DNA from: the human T2T-CHM13v2.0 reference genome, Homo sapiens
Length of the DNA stretch: 64,000 bases
NCBI RefSeq assembly: GCF_009914755.1
Contig: NC_060935.1
Reading direction: 5' to 3' (one strand)
A program made the position numbers and the translations under genes. Positions within the stretch are counted from its first letter, which is position 1, and each line of letters begins with the position of its first letter. This document shows, piece by piece, positions 14,716 to 30,120 of the stretch. The notes below the pieces were generated by a model. It worked only from the letters and a program-made list of their open reading frames with translations. It ran no database searches and was not told the DNA's origin.

Positions 14716-16114
14716 TGAGAGGTGACAGTGTGCTGGCAGCCCTCACAGCCCTCGCTCACTCTCAGTGCCTCCTCTGCCTGGGCTCCCACTTTGGTGGCAC
14801 TGGAGGAGCCCTTCAGCCCATGGCTGCATGGTGGGAGCCCCTTTCTGGGCTGGCCAAGGTCGGAGCTGGCTCCCTCAGCTTGCAGGGAGGTGTGGAGGGA
14901 GAGGCATGAGCTAAAACGGGGGCTGACCCCAGCACTTGCCTGCCGGCTGGAGTTCTGGGTGGGGGTGGGCTTGGTGGCCCCGCACTAGGAGCTGCCGGAT
15001 GGCCCTGCCAGCCCCGGGCAGTGAGGAGCTTAGCAACTGGGCCAGCAGCTGCTGTGCTCGGCTTCTCGCTGGGCCTTAGCTGCCTCCATGTGGGGCAGGG
15101 CTTGGGACCTGCAGCCTGCCATTCCTGAGCCTCCCCCCTCCATGGGCTCCTGTGCGGCCCGAGCCTCCCCGACGAGCACCGCCCCCTGCTCCACGGCGCC
15201 CAGTCCCATCGACCACCCAAGGGCTGAGGAGTGTGGGTGCACAGAGAGGAACTGGCAGGCAGCTCCACCTGCAGCTCCTGTGCAGAATCCACTGGGTGAA
15301 GCCAGCTGGGCTCCTGAGTCTGTTGGGGACTTGGAGAAAATTTATGTCTAGCTAAGGGATTGTAAATACACCAATCTGCACTCTGTATCTAGCTCAAGGT
15401 TTGTAAACACACCAATCAGCACCCTGTGTCTAGCTCAGGGTTTGTGAATGCACCAATCGACACTCTGTATCTAGCTACTATGGTGGGGACTTGGAGAACC
15501 TTTGTGTGGACACTCTGTATCTAGCTAATCTAGTGGGGACGTGGGGAGCCTTTGTGTGGGGAGCTCAGGGATTGTAAAGACACGAATCAGTGCCCTGTCC
15601 AAACAGACCACTCAGGCTCTCTGTAAAATGGACCAATCAGCAGGATGTGGATGGGGCCAGGTAAGAGAACAAAAGCAGGCTGCCCGAGCCAGCAGTGGCA
15701 ACCGGCTGGGGTCCCCTTCCACACTGTGGAAGCTTTGTTCTTTTGATCTTTGCAATAAATCTTGTTGCTGCTCACTGTTTGGGTCCACACTGCCTTTATG
15801 AGCTGTAACACTCACCGAGAAGGTCTGCAGCTTCACTTCTGAAGCCAGCAAGACCATAAACCCACCGGGAGAAGTGAACAACTCCAGACATGCAGCCTTA
15901 AGAGCTGTAACACTCACCGTGAAGGTCTGCAGCTTCACTCCTGAGCCAGCGAGACCACGAACCCCACCAGAAGGAAGAAGCTTCGAACATATCTGAACAT
16001 CAGAAGGAACAAACTCCAGACACGCCACCTTTAAGAACTGTAACACTCACCAGGAGGGTCTGCGGCTCCATTCTTGAAGTCAGTGAGACCAAGAACCCAC
16101 CAATTCCAGACACG
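14716..16114 (+). mobile_element. Solo LTR12 (ERV9; LTR12C-like)
   Basis: Starts TGAGAGGTGACAGTGTGCTGGCAG, ends CCAATTCCAGACAC; U3 tandem CCAAT/TCTAGCT repeats at ~15340-15600; U5 repeats (CTGTAACACTCACC x3). Confidence 0.92.
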
Positions 16115-16389
16115 TTTATAGACTTGGCACTGGGAGGTCTGCATGGAGCAAGTGAAGAAATCAGCAGAGTGAAGATAGAGGGAGAACAACATGATGGGGG
16201 AAAGGCAAAGTTACTGCCATGTTGGTTTCAATTCTGCCACTCATGAGTGAGACCCATGACCTCCTCTCTCTAGGACTCTGTTGTTCTTATCTGTAGAGTG
16301 GAGGAATAGAAGGGCCTTTTAAAGTATTAACATTTCCTGACCTATCTGTAAAACGCTTTCATTCAAACTGATGGGAATCTTGACTACTT

Positions 16390-17320
16390 TGCCAAGAGGA
16401 CATAACAATCATCAAGCTGAATGCACCAAACAACATTGCCTGAAACTATCTAAGCAAAAACTGAGAAAGTTACACAGGACAGACATACCTCCTATAAGAG
16501 GAAGAACTCTTTAGCACATGCTTAGTGTGTCAAAGACAATGCTGTGTTCACACCATTCCTCTTCCTGGACATGCAGAAAGACTACATTTCCCAGCCTTAC
16601 TTGCAGTTAGTTTGGAACCATGTGACTGCATTTCCACCAATAGGAATGTAAGAAATCCCTTCAGGCCAAGGTTATCAAAGGCAAGTGTGAGCTATGTTCC
16701 CTCTCTTCCTATCCATATGGCTACAAGTGAAAAACTCTGAGATGGCAGAATTAAAAGATGGAAACCTCCAGAATCTCTGAATCACTGTTGGACAACGGCC
16801 CCCAAGGAGAACCCCTGCCCTGCACCAGACTATGCTATGGGTGCTAACCCACTGAGAGTTCAGGGTTTATTCATCTCAGCAGCAGTCTATTGTTAACACT
16901 GACTAACATCCTAAGGTTTGAGAGATCTAGCATATTGTTAATTGAAGCTAGATTTCAATTGCACTGAGAAACTTATCTATTTAAAAATAAAAACTCTCCT
17001 AAAAAAAACAAATAATCCACATTCCTTTTAACAACATGTGGCAAATTTGCAAAAAAAACCAAAAAAAAAGCAAAAAAACAAACAAACAAAAAAAACCAAC
17101 TGGCCACATATTAGGCCATAAAGAAGTCTCAACAAAATCCACTATACGATTGACATTGTCCAGACCACATTTTCCTGACCATAATGCAACAAAATTAGAA
17201 GTCAACAGCAAGAAGATAGCTAAACACAAGCATGCATTAGGAAAATTAAAAATATCCTTTCATGAGTTAAATGAAAAATCTCAATAGAAATTACTAAACA
17301 TTTACAACCGAACGAAAACA
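16390..17320 (+). mobile_element. Old L1M ORF2 (endonuclease region) fragment with an inserted MaLR LTR (~16520-16910)
   Basis: CCACATATTAGGCCATAAAG..TCTCAACAAA and TCTGACCATAATGCAACAAAATTAGAAGTCAACAGC L1 motifs; MLT-like AGACTACATTTCCCAGCC. Confidence 0.6.
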
Positions 17321-17325
17321 CAACT

Positions 17326-17329
<4 letters not shown>

Positions 17330-17383
<54 letters not shown>

Positions 17384-17390
17384 GTATGTA
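17330..17390. repeat. (TA)n(TATG)n microsatellite at the retrocopy tail
   Basis: Direct reading. Confidence 0.95.
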
Positions 17391-17879
17391 TTTTTTTTTT
17401 GTGAGTCTTCCAACTTTGTTCCTCTTTTACAAGTTTATTTGAGAAATTCCGGGTCTCCTGCAATTCCTCATACAGTTTTATGCTGTTTGTCATTTCTGTG
17501 GCTGGGATGAACTTATCGTAGTTCTCATAGACCAGGGTTTGCATGTCGCTGTCTAGAGCCCGGATCTGCTGCACCATGTCCGTCTCACTGTCCATCAGCT
17601 GGGCCAGAGGGGACTCTCTAGGCAGCTTGTCTAGGTAAACTTCCGGGTCAAAGTGTGCCCCGTTCAGATCAGTGGGGTCCAGGGGGTCGGGCCCTGCAGG
17701 GAGTCCCACCGCTTCCCCTTCTGAGAGGCCGTTGTAAAGCTTTAGCATCCTGTGCGCCTTCCGCCGACGCTCCGTGAGCCTCCACATCGGGGCCTTCTGG
17801 GGAGTCCCCAGGTCCACACCCCAGGCTAGGCCCAGTGACAGCTGCTGCCGCCATAGCTCCAACTGCAGCCCACGGGCGT
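17391..17879 (-). pseudogene. Processed, truncated VPS51 pseudogene: 5' UTR + ~120 N-terminal codons, a non-VPS51 terminal segment and a poly(A)
   Basis: [22 protein letters not shown] / [87 protein letters not shown] is the VPS51 N-terminus with a +1 frameshift near codon 27. It is intronless, with AATAAA at 17434-17439, an A-tail at 17391-17400 and TSD-like flanks. Confidence 0.9.
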
Positions 17880-18552
17880 AACTTTTTATATTTTTAAGTT
17901 GGATATATGGAGCTACTTGGCTTTTGCTTTCATCACATCGTTGAGGAAAGAGGTGGTTGCTTATGGTATCCCTGTTTTTACTGCAACCTGTAATGGATGA
18001 GAGCCTCCCTGTTGCAGAGAGCAAAACACTGAACTGAATTGTGCTATAACACAGCCCTGTGTTGGGGGATTGGGAGTGATCATGCAAACGCTTGCAAATT
18101 TGCACAGTGACAGAGACAATCGTTTGGGCAGCTGTTCACTACATGAAAAGGCAATTGACCAAAAGTCAGTTACTGAGCTATCTCAATACTTTCATTTTAT
18201 TTTAACTTTTGGCAACAGGGTGCAATTAAAGGAGAGAAAGAAAACAAAGTGATAAGTGTAAGATAATGTACACACATGTGTAAAAGAAAATGACAAGACA
18301 GGGTGACTCTTTGTCTCTTGGTTAGCTCCTTGGGCTCTATGTCTCCTTCCTCAGAGAACCTCGTTTTCCTTTGTCCAGATTTGTTAGGGTGGATAATCCA
18401 GGCACCTGCTCCCCCATGATGGAAGCCAAAGACGTCCCTGGAGCCGCCTCCCGCTGCACCCTTTGCTGCACTGCCCACATGGACACAACTCAGCCGATTA
18501 GACTTCCTCTCAGAACTTTAGTCTTGAGCAAAGGGATTAAAGGGTGAAGTGA

Positions 18553-18940
<388 letters not shown>

Positions 18941-19874
18941 TTCCAAAAGTTTTAAGCAGAGCTCAGAGGTCTTAACCACAGGCACATTGGAGGAGCATTT
19001 TTGAAACGCTTTCCAGCTTCCTCAATAGGAATGGAAGCCAAACTCCGAACTGATGACTCCTTTGAGGAAGTCGAGAGCTGTAAGGAAAGCCAGGAACAGG
19101 GGCAAGGGAGAGATGCATCCCAAATGATCCTGTGCCAATTCTTTCTGGAATCCTTGATGTGATCTCAGCTGCCCTTTCTATACATGACACAGTGATTGTG
19201 GCACCCACTGGTCTAGCTGTGGTCTACAAGGAACCCCCAAAGGGAAGGGCACAGTGAGCAGGGGCATCGGCCTCAGTGACGAGGATTTGAGAGGGCAGGT
19301 TGGATGCAGGGAGAGGACTGGCCAAATGCCATGTGTCTGGACTTAGACTGCCTGGTTCAAATTGGACGTCACCCTTTTTGACTTCGTGATCTGGTACAAG
19401 CTACATGAAAATCCGTTGCACCTTTTCTAGTCTGTAAAATCATCATGAAATGTGCACTAATAACGTGGAGACTATGCAGATGAAAAGAAACAAGCTGCAT
19501 AGAGCACAGAGCTCAGAGCCTGTCCTTTAGGAAGCCCTCAGTAAGGGTTCATGATGCCATGGTGTCTGTCATCATCCTCTTTATCCTCATCATCACCTTC
19601 ATAATCTCTTTGTTGTTCTTAGGGAATAGTTTAGAGGGACTGATTCCCTGCTATCATGGGTGAGATGTCTATGAAAAGGACAACCAGTGGGGGAGGAAAG
19701 CAAAATTTTGAATAAGATTTCTGAGACCCCCAGCACAACCAAGAGCAGAAACTCCACAGTCTGCTGAGCGCAGAGTTTGCATATTGGTCTCCTCCCATCT
19801 GCCCAGCGCATTCTCCTGTTTGTTCTGAGGAGGAGGAAACAAACAAGGCTCCCAACCGTCCCTCAGCACTCACT

Positions 19875-20904
19875 TGAAGGGGTGGCCTGCCCCTCCACAC
19901 CTGTGAGTATTTCTAGTCGGGTGGGACGAGAGACTGAGAAAAGAAATAAGACACAGAGACAAAGCATGGAGAAAAAACAGTGGGCCTAGGGGACCGGCGC
20001 TCAGCATACCAAGGATCTGAACCGGCACAGGCCTCCAAGTTCCCTCAGTTTTTATTGATTATTATTTTTATTATTTTAGCAAAAAGGAATGTAGTAGGAG
20101 GGCAGGGTGATAATAAGGAGAAGGTCAGCAACAAACATGTGACTAATAGAATCTATGTCATAATGAAGTTCACGGGAAGGTACTATGACTGGACGTGTGC
20201 GTAAGCCAGATTGATGTTTCTCTCCACCCAAACATCTCAGTGGAGTAAAGAATAACAAGGCAGCATTGCTGCAAACATGTCTCGCCTCCCATCATAGGGC
20301 GGTTTTTCCCCCATCTCAGAATTGAACAAATGTACAATCGGGTTTTATACCGAGACATTCAGTTCCCAGGGGCAGGCAGGAGACAGCGGCCTTCCTCTCT
20401 CTCAACTGCAAGAGGCTTTCCTCTTTGACTAATCCACCTCAGCACAGACCCTTTACGGGGGTCAGGCTCGTGGACGGTCAGGTCTTTCTCCTCCCACGAG
20501 GCCACTTTTCAGACTATCACATGGGGAGAAACCTTGGACAATACGGCGCTTTCAAGGGCAGAGCTACCTGTGGCTTTCCACAGTGTATTGTGCCCCTGGT
20601 TTATTGAGACTAGAGAATGGCGATGACTTTTACCAAGTATACTGCTTGCAAACATCTTGTTAACAAGGCACGTCCTGCACAGCCCTAGATCCCTTAAACC
20701 TTGATTTCATACAACACATGCTTTTGTGAAATTCAGGTTGGGTCAAAATGGTTTGTTCAAAGTGACTGGGGCAAAGCTACAGATTAACAACATCTCAGCA
20801 AAGAAATTGTTGAAAGTACAGGCCTTTTTCAAAATGGAGTCTCTTATGTCTTTCCTTTCTACATAGACACAGTAACAGTCTGATCGCTCTTTCTTTTGCC
20901 TACA
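19875..20904 (-). mobile_element. Solo HERV-K(HML-2) LTR (LTR5A/5B-like), 1030 bp
   Basis: Minus strand starts TGTAGGCAAAAGAAAGAGCGATCAG and ends GGCCACCCCTTCA; perfect 6-bp TSD CTCACT at 19869-19874 and 20905-20910. Confidence 0.93.
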
Positions 20905-21289
20905 CTCACTGAACTGCCCTTCCCCTCTGCTGGGCCATGACCACGGAGAACAGGTCCACTGTCCTCCCTGTGTGGTGCACCATGGAGGCTCAGACTCCGT
21001 CCTCAAGGCTGGCAAGATGACAGGGTAAGACATGAGCCTCCTGATACAGGTGATGTCTCTGGAGCCCACAGGACTGCAACCTCACACTGCAGGGCTGGAG
21101 GCACAGACTGACTATTTACTATTCTGTGGCCTGGGGGCTCAAGGCACAGAGCTCCTCATTAGCCAAAGTCACCCAAGTTCCCCAACCACTAAGGATTTCC
21201 TCATAATAATGCAAGAAGAAGAGAAAAGTGAGTGTCCATAGAAGCTTTGGGGCTCTTCCTCTAATCAGGAGAAAGCTGGTGTGTATTCT

Positions 21290-24500
<3,211 letters not shown>

Positions 24501-24666
24501 CAAATATTTTTAAAATGTCTCAGAATGTGAAACCTCAGGGATACTGTGTCCATTTTATTCTTTTCTATTTCCTATCTTATGTATATGCAAGTGTATAACA
24601 AAGCAGCAATCAATGTGTGTATAAATCTACAACTTCAACAAATGTAAAATGTAAATGCTAAGTGGT

Positions 24667-25072
<406 letters not shown>

Positions 25073-25837
25073 TCATATTACAATTAATTTCTGTTCTTAC
25101 TCATTGGAGCTTGATGCCTCTAAAAACTTCGTCATTGGAACCACCTCTGGTGCTTTAAAAGAAAAAAAAAAAAATCCACATACTCACACAGGTGCAAGGA
25201 AATCAGAATCTCAGGTATTGAGACCCAGGCCTCATCATTTGTAAGCTCCCCAGGTGATTTGACTCAAAGCCAAGATTGAGGAATGGCGACATGGATCTCT
25301 ACACAGAACCTGCCTAAATAGATTCTCTAGAAGCAGTTTATAAAGATATTCCACGTGGACTGTGGAAGAGGATATGAATTTGATGTACAGCATGTCCTCA
25401 CTTAACATCTTTGAAAGTCTCTTGGAAACTTCACCTTTAAGCAAAATTATGTATAGTGAAACCACTTATTTTTCATCAACAGTATAACTACACATCTTTG
25501 AACAACTGATGGTGTTGGAGGACCTCCTGTACATTGTTTCCATAAAGTCAGTTTTCAGGGAATTCCAAAAGGAAGTGAGGACTTCGTGTATATAAAAAGA
25601 TGGTTGTGATTCCACCTGGATGACAGGGTTATTGCTCAGAAACTAAAAGAGGCCACCTAGGTATAGAGGATTCTGTCATGAGGTTTCTGCTAAACAAAGG
25701 GTCCCAGAATCCTCACCCATTCCAGTGAAAGGCATAGCGAAGAAAGCAATATTCACAAAGGAAATGTGGAAAGGAATAAAAGCCATCAAGCCACAGAAAG
25801 AATGTGACTAAGGGGCAGGATTTGCAGATGTAGAGAT

Positions 25838-26840
25838 TTAATGTGGTTGCCCTTTCTCACCCACACAAGAGAAAGGATGGAACAAATCATGAGATTCGAC
25901 TGTTGTGCTGTGCAGCCTCCACAGGGCACTTTGTATGTTCCTGTTTCTCAGGCTGTAGATGAAAAGGTTCAGCATGGGGGTGACCACAGCATACATCACT
26001 GATGCCACCACACCATTCCTGGGGGGTTGTGACACAGCTGAAGTCAGGTACATGCCAATGCCTGTTCCATAAAATCAGCAAACAACGGCTAGGTGAGAGC
26101 CACAGGTGGAGAAGGCTTTATACTTCCCATCTGACGATGAAATCCTTAGAATGGAGGGGATGATTTTATAGTAAGACCATAGGATCCCTGAAATGGGAAG
26201 AAAACCAAACATAGTACTATCGAAATATATGAATATGCTATTGATGACGCTGTCAGAACAGGCAAGTTTGAGAAGTTGAGAGGGGTCACAGACAAAATTA
26301 GAGATTTCCAAATTCTAGACGATGGTGAATTGTAACACAATCCAACTGTGCAGCTGGGAATCCAACAGGCTAAGGAAAAAGGACACCAAAACGAAGACAC
26401 AGAGGTGAGGATTCACGATGACTGGGTAGTGCAGAGGGCGACAGATGGCTACAAAGCAGTCATAGGCCATCACAGTCAGGAGCATGCCTTCTATACATGC
26501 AAAAAGGACCAAGAAAGACATCTGCGTCAGACAGCCCGCATGAGACGTGACTCTGCTATGCGACTGCATGTCCACAATCATCTTGGGAACCGTGGCGGAG
26601 GTGAAACCGATGTCAGCCCAGCACAGGTTGGAGAGGAAGAAGTACCTGGGGGTGTGGAGGGGGGAGTCAGAGCAGACAGCCAGGATGCTGAGCAGGTTCC
26701 TCAGCACCGTGACCAGATACATGGACAGGGACAGGGACAGCAAAGCGAGGATAGGCTGCAGTTCTGGGTCCTCTGAGAGTCCCAGGAGGAGGAATTCTCA
26801 GACACCTGTGAGATTCCGTGGCTCTGTGTGTCTTGGACAC
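25838..26840 (-). pseudogene. OR7E1P: Olfactory receptor family 7E pseudogene (probably OR7E1P by position next to UNC93B1)
   Basis: OR motifs [49 protein letters not shown]. No start ATG, in-frame TGA near 26795, TAG at 26315, frameshifts. Family call is strong; the symbol rests on synteny only. Confidence 0.85.
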
Positions 26841-27470
26841 CTTGAGAAGGAAAGAGGATTGGAAAAATAGCAGATAAAAACCAGCCCTTAATGCTGGATG
26901 CAAGCAATTCACAAGGAACATCTTCACACTTGCGGACCATACACCGCCAGCAATGTTTCTCAGTTGTGACAATTCCAAAAAATCTCAGAATTATTACGTG
27001 ATTTACTTTTTTGCTATACAAGGCTTTCTGTACATACTACTTTAGAGAAAATCCACTGAAGAATATCAGAGACCAAAACGTTATATATAACAAATCCGTG
27101 ATCTCAGTAAAATACGGCCTACTCTTTTCAGAAAAAATACAATGCAATGACAATGTCCTTTCTCTTGAAGAAAAAGATCTCAGTCTAATTGAAAGAAATT
27201 AAGAAGCCGTGAAATGCACTCTACTTTATTCTGACCCCGTGCTACAACTTCCATTGATGTAGAATATGTAAAAGGACGACACAAGAGCTAGGACCCCATT
27301 ATCTGAAAACGACATCGAACCTTATAGTTCTCAATCGAAAGATTTTCACATGCCTGTTACTTTTCATATTTATTATCATCCTTCGGTTTTCTGACATCAC
27401 TTCTTCATAAAAGTACATGCACGCTCAAAGATGGGAGCTGTGTTTCCAAATGAATTGAATCTATAACTCT

Positions 27471-27689
27471 TGGCCCAGCACCATGGCTCACACCTGTAAT
27501 CCCAGCACTTTGGGTAGCCGAGGCTGATGGATCACCTGAGGTCAGGAGTTCCAGACCAGCCTGGCCAACGTGGTGAAACCCCGTCTCCAGTGAAAATAAA
27601 AAAACATTAGCCGGGTGTGGTGGCGGGTAACCCTAGCTACTCGGGAGGCTGAAGCAGGAGAATCCCTTAGAACCTGGAAGGCAGAGATT
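27471..27689 (+). mobile_element. 3'-truncated AluS fused directly to the satellite
   Basis: Alu stops at GCAGAGATTG, followed at once by GAAACCCTGTGATA satellite. Confidence 0.85.
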
Positions 27690-30120
27690 GGAAACCCTGT
27701 GATAGGATTTTTGACAGCCTAGGGAGATATTGCACCTGACAGCAGAGTCGGCGTACACCCTGTGATATTATTTGTAATATCCTAGAAAGATATTTCTCCT
27801 AATATCACAGTGGCTGTACACCCTGTGATCTTAATTGTAATATCCTACAGAGATATTACTCCCAATAATACAGTGGGTGTACACCCTGTGATATTATTCA
27901 TAATATATTACAGAGATACGACTCCTGATATCACAGTGAGTGTACACCATGTTTGTACACCCTGTGATCTTATTTGTAACAACTTAGAAAAATATTACAG
28001 CTAATATCAAAATGGGTGTGCACCCTGCGATGTTATTTGTTTTCTACTAGGTAGATATTACTCCTAATATCACAGTGAGTGTACACCATGTGTGTGCAGA
28101 CTGTGAAATTATTCATAATACTCTAGGAAGATATTATTCCTCATATCACAGTGGGTGTACACCGTGAGTGATTTTTTTTCTAATATCCAGCGGGGGAGAG
28201 GATGATATTGCTTCCAATATCACGGAAGGTGTACACCCCGTTGTGATATTGTTCCTAATATCCAGGGAAGGAGAGGATGACATTATTCCCAATATCACTG
28301 GGGGTGTACCACCTCCCTCCGGGATATTGTTCTTATTGTCAGTAGGTGGAGAGAATGATGTTACTCCCAATATCACAGGGGGTGTACACCACCCCTGTCT
28401 GTAAACACCCCCTGTGATATTGTACCAAATGGCCTGTGAAAGAGTCAATATTACTCCCATTATCGCAGGGGTGTTCAGACCTGATGATATTGTTTTCTAA
28501 CATCCAGGGAAGGAGAGTATGCTATTATTCCCAATATAGCAGGGGTTGTACACCTTTTTGTGTTATTGGGCCCAATATCCAGGAAAATAGAAGATGATAG
28601 TACTCCCAATATTGAAATAATTGTACAGCACCCTTGTGATATTCTTCCTAATATCCAGAAAGGAAAAGAATGATATTACTCCCAACAGCGTAGGAAATGT
28701 ATACCCGCTCTGTGATATCTTTCCCCATATCCAGGTGGGGAGAGGATCATATTACTTCCAATATCGCAGGGTGTGTACACCCCCTCTGTGATCTCGTTGC
28801 TAACATCCAGGTTTGGGGAGGATGACATGACTCCCAATATCTCAGGGGGAGTTCACCCCCCATGACCTTGTTTGTCATTTCCTTGGTGGAGAGGATGATA
28901 TTACTCCCAATATCGCAGGGGGTGTACACACCCCTGTGAAAATCTTCCTTATATCCAGAGGGAGAGAGGATGATATTACTCCCAGTACCGCAGGGTGTTT
29001 CCACAGCCCTGTGATACTCTTCCTAATATCCACAGGGAGAGAGGATGATATGACTCCCAATATCGCAGGGGGTGTACACCCCTCCTGTCCTATTGTTCTG
29101 AATACCCTGGGAGGGAGAAGATAAGGTGACATTGAATATCACAGGGAATGTACACCCTCCCCCTCTGATACCCTTCCTAGTATCCAGGGGAAGAGAGGAT
29201 AATTGTACTCCCAATATCGCAGAGGCAGTACACCCCACCTGTGGTATTGTTCCCAACATGCAAGGGGAGAGAGGATGATACTACTCCCAATATCGCAGGG
29301 GTGTTCACATCCCCAGTGACATTTTTCCTAATATCTAGGGGAGAGACAATTACATGACAGCAAATGTCGCAGGGTCTGTACATCCCTTCTTGATATTGTT
29401 CCTAATATCCAGGGGGGAAGAGGATGATATCGAATATGAAAGGGGGTATACAACCCCCACCCCTAAGATACTGTTCTCAATATTCTTGAGGGGAGACGAT
29501 GATATGACTCCAAATATCGCAAGGGTTGTTCACACCCCCCTGTGATACTCTTTCTAATATCCAGGAGGGGGAGAAAATAACATGACTTCTAATATTGCAG
29601 GTGGTGTAAACCCCACCTGAAATATGGCACCGAATATCCAAAGAGAGAGAGGATGGTATTCATACCAATATCGAAGTGTGTGTACACGCCCCTTGTGACA
29701 TGGTTTTTAATATCCAGGGGGTGGGAGGATATTAGTCCCAAAGTCCCAGAAGGTGTACACTACCCCTGTGATATTGTCCCTAACTTCCAGAGGGAAGAGG
29801 ATGAGATCACTCCCGATATCTCAGAAGTTGTACATCCCCTGTGATACTGTTCGTCATATCCAGGGAGGCACAAGATGACATACCATTGAATTTCACGACA
29901 GGCGTACACGCACACTGTGATATTGTTCCTAATATCCAAGAAGGCAGAGGATGGCATTACTCCCAATAAAGCAGTGGGTGTACACTACCCCTGTGTTATT
30001 GCCTCTAATATCCGGGGCCGGGGGAGGGGGGGAGAGGATAACATTCCCTCAAATGTAGCAGGTGGTTTGACGCCCCTCGTGGTGTTGTTTTACATATCCA
30101 TCGCGGAAGACAATAATACT
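27690..30120 (+). repeat. SATR1/SATR2-type satellite: ~64-bp units to ~28170, then ~72-78-bp units
   Basis: Recurrent GATATTACTCCCAATATCGCAGGGGGTGTACACCCCCTGTGATATTGTTCCTAATATCCAGGG. Confidence 0.88.

Noticed and set aside
17302-18105. 267-aa ORF as an intact VPS51-like gene
   Set aside because: It starts in unrelated flank at a non-ATG codon, enters the VPS51 frame only after the frameshift, and ends in microsatellite.
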